NCBI RefSeq assembly: GCF_004010195.1
Contig: NW_025214737.1
Coordinates: 1 to 50,000 of the forward strand
Source of the DNA: Chiloscyllium plagiosum
Taxonomy: Eukaryota
DNA: 50,000 bases
Direction of reading: 5' to 3'
Below are positions 46,941 to 50,000 of the stretch, one piece after another (position 1 is the stretch's first letter; every line of letters starts with the position of its first letter). A program made the translations under genes and the position numbers. The notes under the pieces are model-generated. The model did no database searches, was not told the origin of the DNA, and saw nothing but the letters and a program-made list of their open reading frames with translations.

Positions 46941-48750
46941 TTCCCTTGCCCTCTGAGGACATCAGCCAGTTGTTTTTTTTTTGTAGCTCCCCCTAGGGTG
47001 TTTTAACATCGGCTCAGGTTCCTCCAACACTGCCTCAGATACGGCCAGTATGTAACAAGCAGTAGCTCACTGCGTTTGCCCAGAGTCTTCCGGAAGAAAT
47101 TCACTCTTCTTCAGGCGGCAAAGACATCAAGGTGGCAACATCTGCCGTGTCCATCTCAGATTCCAAGGTATCATCAAGCTGATGGAGAGAGCTGATGGGA
47201 CAGTCAGAAACGCTGTTGAGGCGCCAGGCACATTTTGCTCGTGCACCGTTTGCAAGTTTGCAGCTTTCATATGGTCCACATGCTCCTCCAGGATCATCGC
47301 ACCTACCCTGACCTGATATGTTAGTGGACCTGATCTCACATCAAACATGCTTCTTACCCATGCAGGGCCATTACTGCGTTTCTGCACCAAACTTCATCCC
47401 CTGAAGGAAAATTGTTTCTCTCACGCAGGAGAGTCTTATGTCCATTGTTCATGTTCTTGATGCCATTTCACCCTCCCCCTGCCAAGTGCAGGAAGATCAG
47501 ATTTAACCTGATGCAGAGCCTTCACTCCATTAGCAACTCTGCTGGAGCTGTCCCTGTAGTTGCATGTGGGGTGGTGCTATCATCAAATACCAGGTCAGTT
47601 TGGTATCTAGTGAAGATGTGAAATGTTTCTTTAAGCCTGTCTTCAAAGTTTGGACTGCTCTTTCTGTCAGATCATTTAATGATGAATGGTGTGGAGGTGT
47701 CCTTACATGTTGAATACTATTCAATTTTAGGAGATATTCAAATTCCCTCCTGGTAAATGATGGTCCCTTATCTGTGACCAACTCTTCCAAAAGTCCATAT
47801 ATTGAAAAAGATACATGAAGGTTTTCCAACATCGTCCCCATGTTTAACAAATGAACTCATTTTGAGTGGGCATTTATAATGACTAAGAAAGTTGAACCCA
47901 TGAAAGGACCTGTTTGGTTGACATGTAACGGAATCCAGCGTTTACCTGACTATTTCCAGGAATGTTGGGGAGTTGTTGCCAGTTATTCTGGGCAGTGTAT
48001 CACCAACGAAGCCATGTCTGCATCCAGTCTTAGCCAGCAGATATAACATCTCACCAACATCTTCACTTTGGAAACCCCTGAATGATCATGGTAGAGTTCA
48101 GCCAGTAACTGGCAGTGATTTTTGCTCGGGACAATCACTTTTGCTTCCCATATGCTGTCCTCGACTGTGATCGGTCTCTCCAGGTCCAAAAAGGTTTCAG
48201 TTCTGGTTGTGATGGCCCTTTGTTTCCCCCATCACCACTATCTGTTTTAGTTTTGCCAGGACTGGATCTTTCTGCATCCAAAGGTTGATATTGTCAGAGG
48301 TGTCTCAAAGTGTGTCCACAAGATTTAAAACTTATGGATTCTTCCAGTGGTGGTACCACCAATGGTGTGTCTGCCAGTGGAAAACAGCTCGATCCATCTA
48401 CATTTACTACTGAACCTCTCAGGCAGTGTAACAGCTTGTAGTTATACACACTTAGCATAGAGCCCACCGCTGAATTCAGCCTGAAGCTACAGGCAACACT
48501 ATCTTGTCCTCTTTAAGTAGACCTTCCAGTGGTTTATGGTGCATTATTTTCATAAATGTACATCTCTAAAGGTATTGCTGGAAATTCTTGACTCCACATA
48601 TGACCATTCAATCTTCCTTCTCTTTCTGAGCATACTTACGCTCTGCATTAGCCAAAGTCCTGGATACATATCCTTTTCACTCTTCCACTTCATTGGGCCA
48701 CCTATGTGCTAACACTACCCCAATACATACAGGGAGGTGTTGAATGTGGA
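46941..48750 (-). mobile_element. Mag-type Ty3/Gypsy pol remnant (RNase H - integrase, canonical order)
   Basis: RNase H: YVSRTLANAERKYAQ.EKE, HKPL.GL. Integrase: AELYHDHSGVSKVKMLVRCYICW, LVTDKGPSFT..EF, PHHSSLNDLTERAVQTLK. Confidence 0.85.
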
Positions 48751-49148
48751 CACACAATGCCATTAGATAGGGAATTCCAAGATTTTAACTGAGCAACAGA
48801 AATGTTTGCATATTACCACTCAGCATCTGGACATTCAGGAAATTCATGCTCCTGTTCTTGCTAAGGCTTGAACCAATACCTTGCAAAGCAAAGGCGGGTT
48901 TTGTTTCAGCCTCAATCAGCAACCCAATCTTGCCAGTACTTTGCTATGACATCAAACGCAATGACCTTTAAATCGGAAGGTTCTGTATCTATTTGACATG
49001 TGTGAAATGGGCACCCGATGGCCCATTATGGTGATTGATTAGGGCTTCTCAGGAAGCACTCTCTGCATGCGTCTGAAATTTGTTTTTGAACCCAATGCAT
49101 GTGAAGGTCAGGGAAGCAATGCCTTTCCCAAATTGTGTAGGTTCTAAC

Positions 49149-49552
49149 CCCAGTGTTTAACTGGGGTGGACTTAGAAATAGAACCAGTCTGGCTCAAGAT
49201 TGGGATACAGACCGACTCTAACCTCACACTGTTAATGCATTGTCTGAGCTGAAATGTCACTTTTTTACATAAACCTTAAATTATCTCAAGAATATGACAT
49301 GAAAGAAGTTCTGGGATTTACATATTAACGAACCGAAGCCTGCAATCCGTTCGAAAAGATGAAAGACGTAACAACAATCTAGGTTTTTTTCAATATATCA
49401 TCTCAATTGCATGACACTGTGATCTTTTGGTATAAATTCTGTGTCTTATGATCCTGCTCCACAGCTACCTGATGAAGGAACAGTGCTCTAAAAGCTTGAA
49501 CTTCCAAATAAACCTGTTGGACTATAACCTGGTGTTGTGATTTTTAACTTTA
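49149..49552 (+). mobile_element. Longer P2 Penelope-derived terminal fragment, hammerhead decayed
   Basis: 49380-49552 is colinear with 14770-14950; core ctacCTGATGAaggaacagtgctctAAAAgcttg is mutated. Confidence 0.75.
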
Positions 49553-50000
49553 CCAAATTGGTTTGCAAGTCACCACATGCGCATGACAATCAGTTTCTTC
49601 AGGCAAGTGTTTAATGGGGCCATTGGAAGATGTCATATAAGGTAACTTACATATTTTACTTCCCCTATTATACAATTAGGGGGAATAGTAGAGCTCCTTT
49701 AGGCAAAAAAATACAAACTGCTGGCCACCACCACAGCACTGCAGCCGTAATGTCCACTCCATCTCTACTGAGACTGGCCTTATGCACCCTTCCTCCCATC
49801 TCGACCCCCCACGCATCCCCAGCTTCCACCAAAAGAAAACCATCACTTTCTTTTGCCAACTCTTAAAATTGTTTGTCATAAGCAGTTTTAGGCTGAAGTC
49901 ATCCTCACTTCTGCTTGCCTTAGCCAATCCTACCAGCAACTGTGTTTTGCATTTCTCTTTCTGCATTGCTAGTGTTGAGATGGAGGAGTTACCTTGTGAA

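Noticed and set aside
40688..49500. Additional hammerhead motifs at about 40690, 43835 and 49469 (also 18030)
   Set aside because: Conserved core positions are mutated (CTGGTGA, TAATGA, or GAAA to AAAA), so they are listed only as decayed repeats.
49630..49966. Overlapping ORFs at the right end
   Set aside because: No recognisable domain or convincing splice signals.

Overview
Repeat-rich vertebrate genomic DNA, most likely from a shark (inferred from abundant HE1-type SINEs and CR1/HER1-type LINEs). Almost every ORF in the supplied track is a transposon remnant or spurious. One host gene is visible, on the minus strand, and it runs off the left edge. It has a signal-peptide exon (ATG at 15220, MWLFCILLFALAQRSFSTVPCNSN|G), an intron of about 12.9 kb, then a cluster of small symmetric phase 1-1 Ser/Thr-rich exons (2285-82) built by tandem duplication of a two-exon unit of about 1.1 kb. 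The architecture and nearby ETS-IRF/RUNX motifs suggest CD45/PTPRC, but endomucin- or CD34-like sialomucins are not excluded. The rest of the window contains: many CR1 fragments, HE1 and other tRNA-derived SINEs, a Gmr1-type Gypsy remnant (integrase upstream of RT), a Mag-type Gypsy remnant with its 3' LTR, an LTR with a tRNA-Asn primer site and decayed gag, Harbinger and Tc1/mariner-type remnants, a decayed Penelope endonuclease, and two families of short Penelope-derived inserts carrying minimal hammerhead-ribozyme cores, several with clear target-site duplications. Repeat boundaries are approximate (read by eye). Exon, TSD and ribozyme coordinates were counted base by base.
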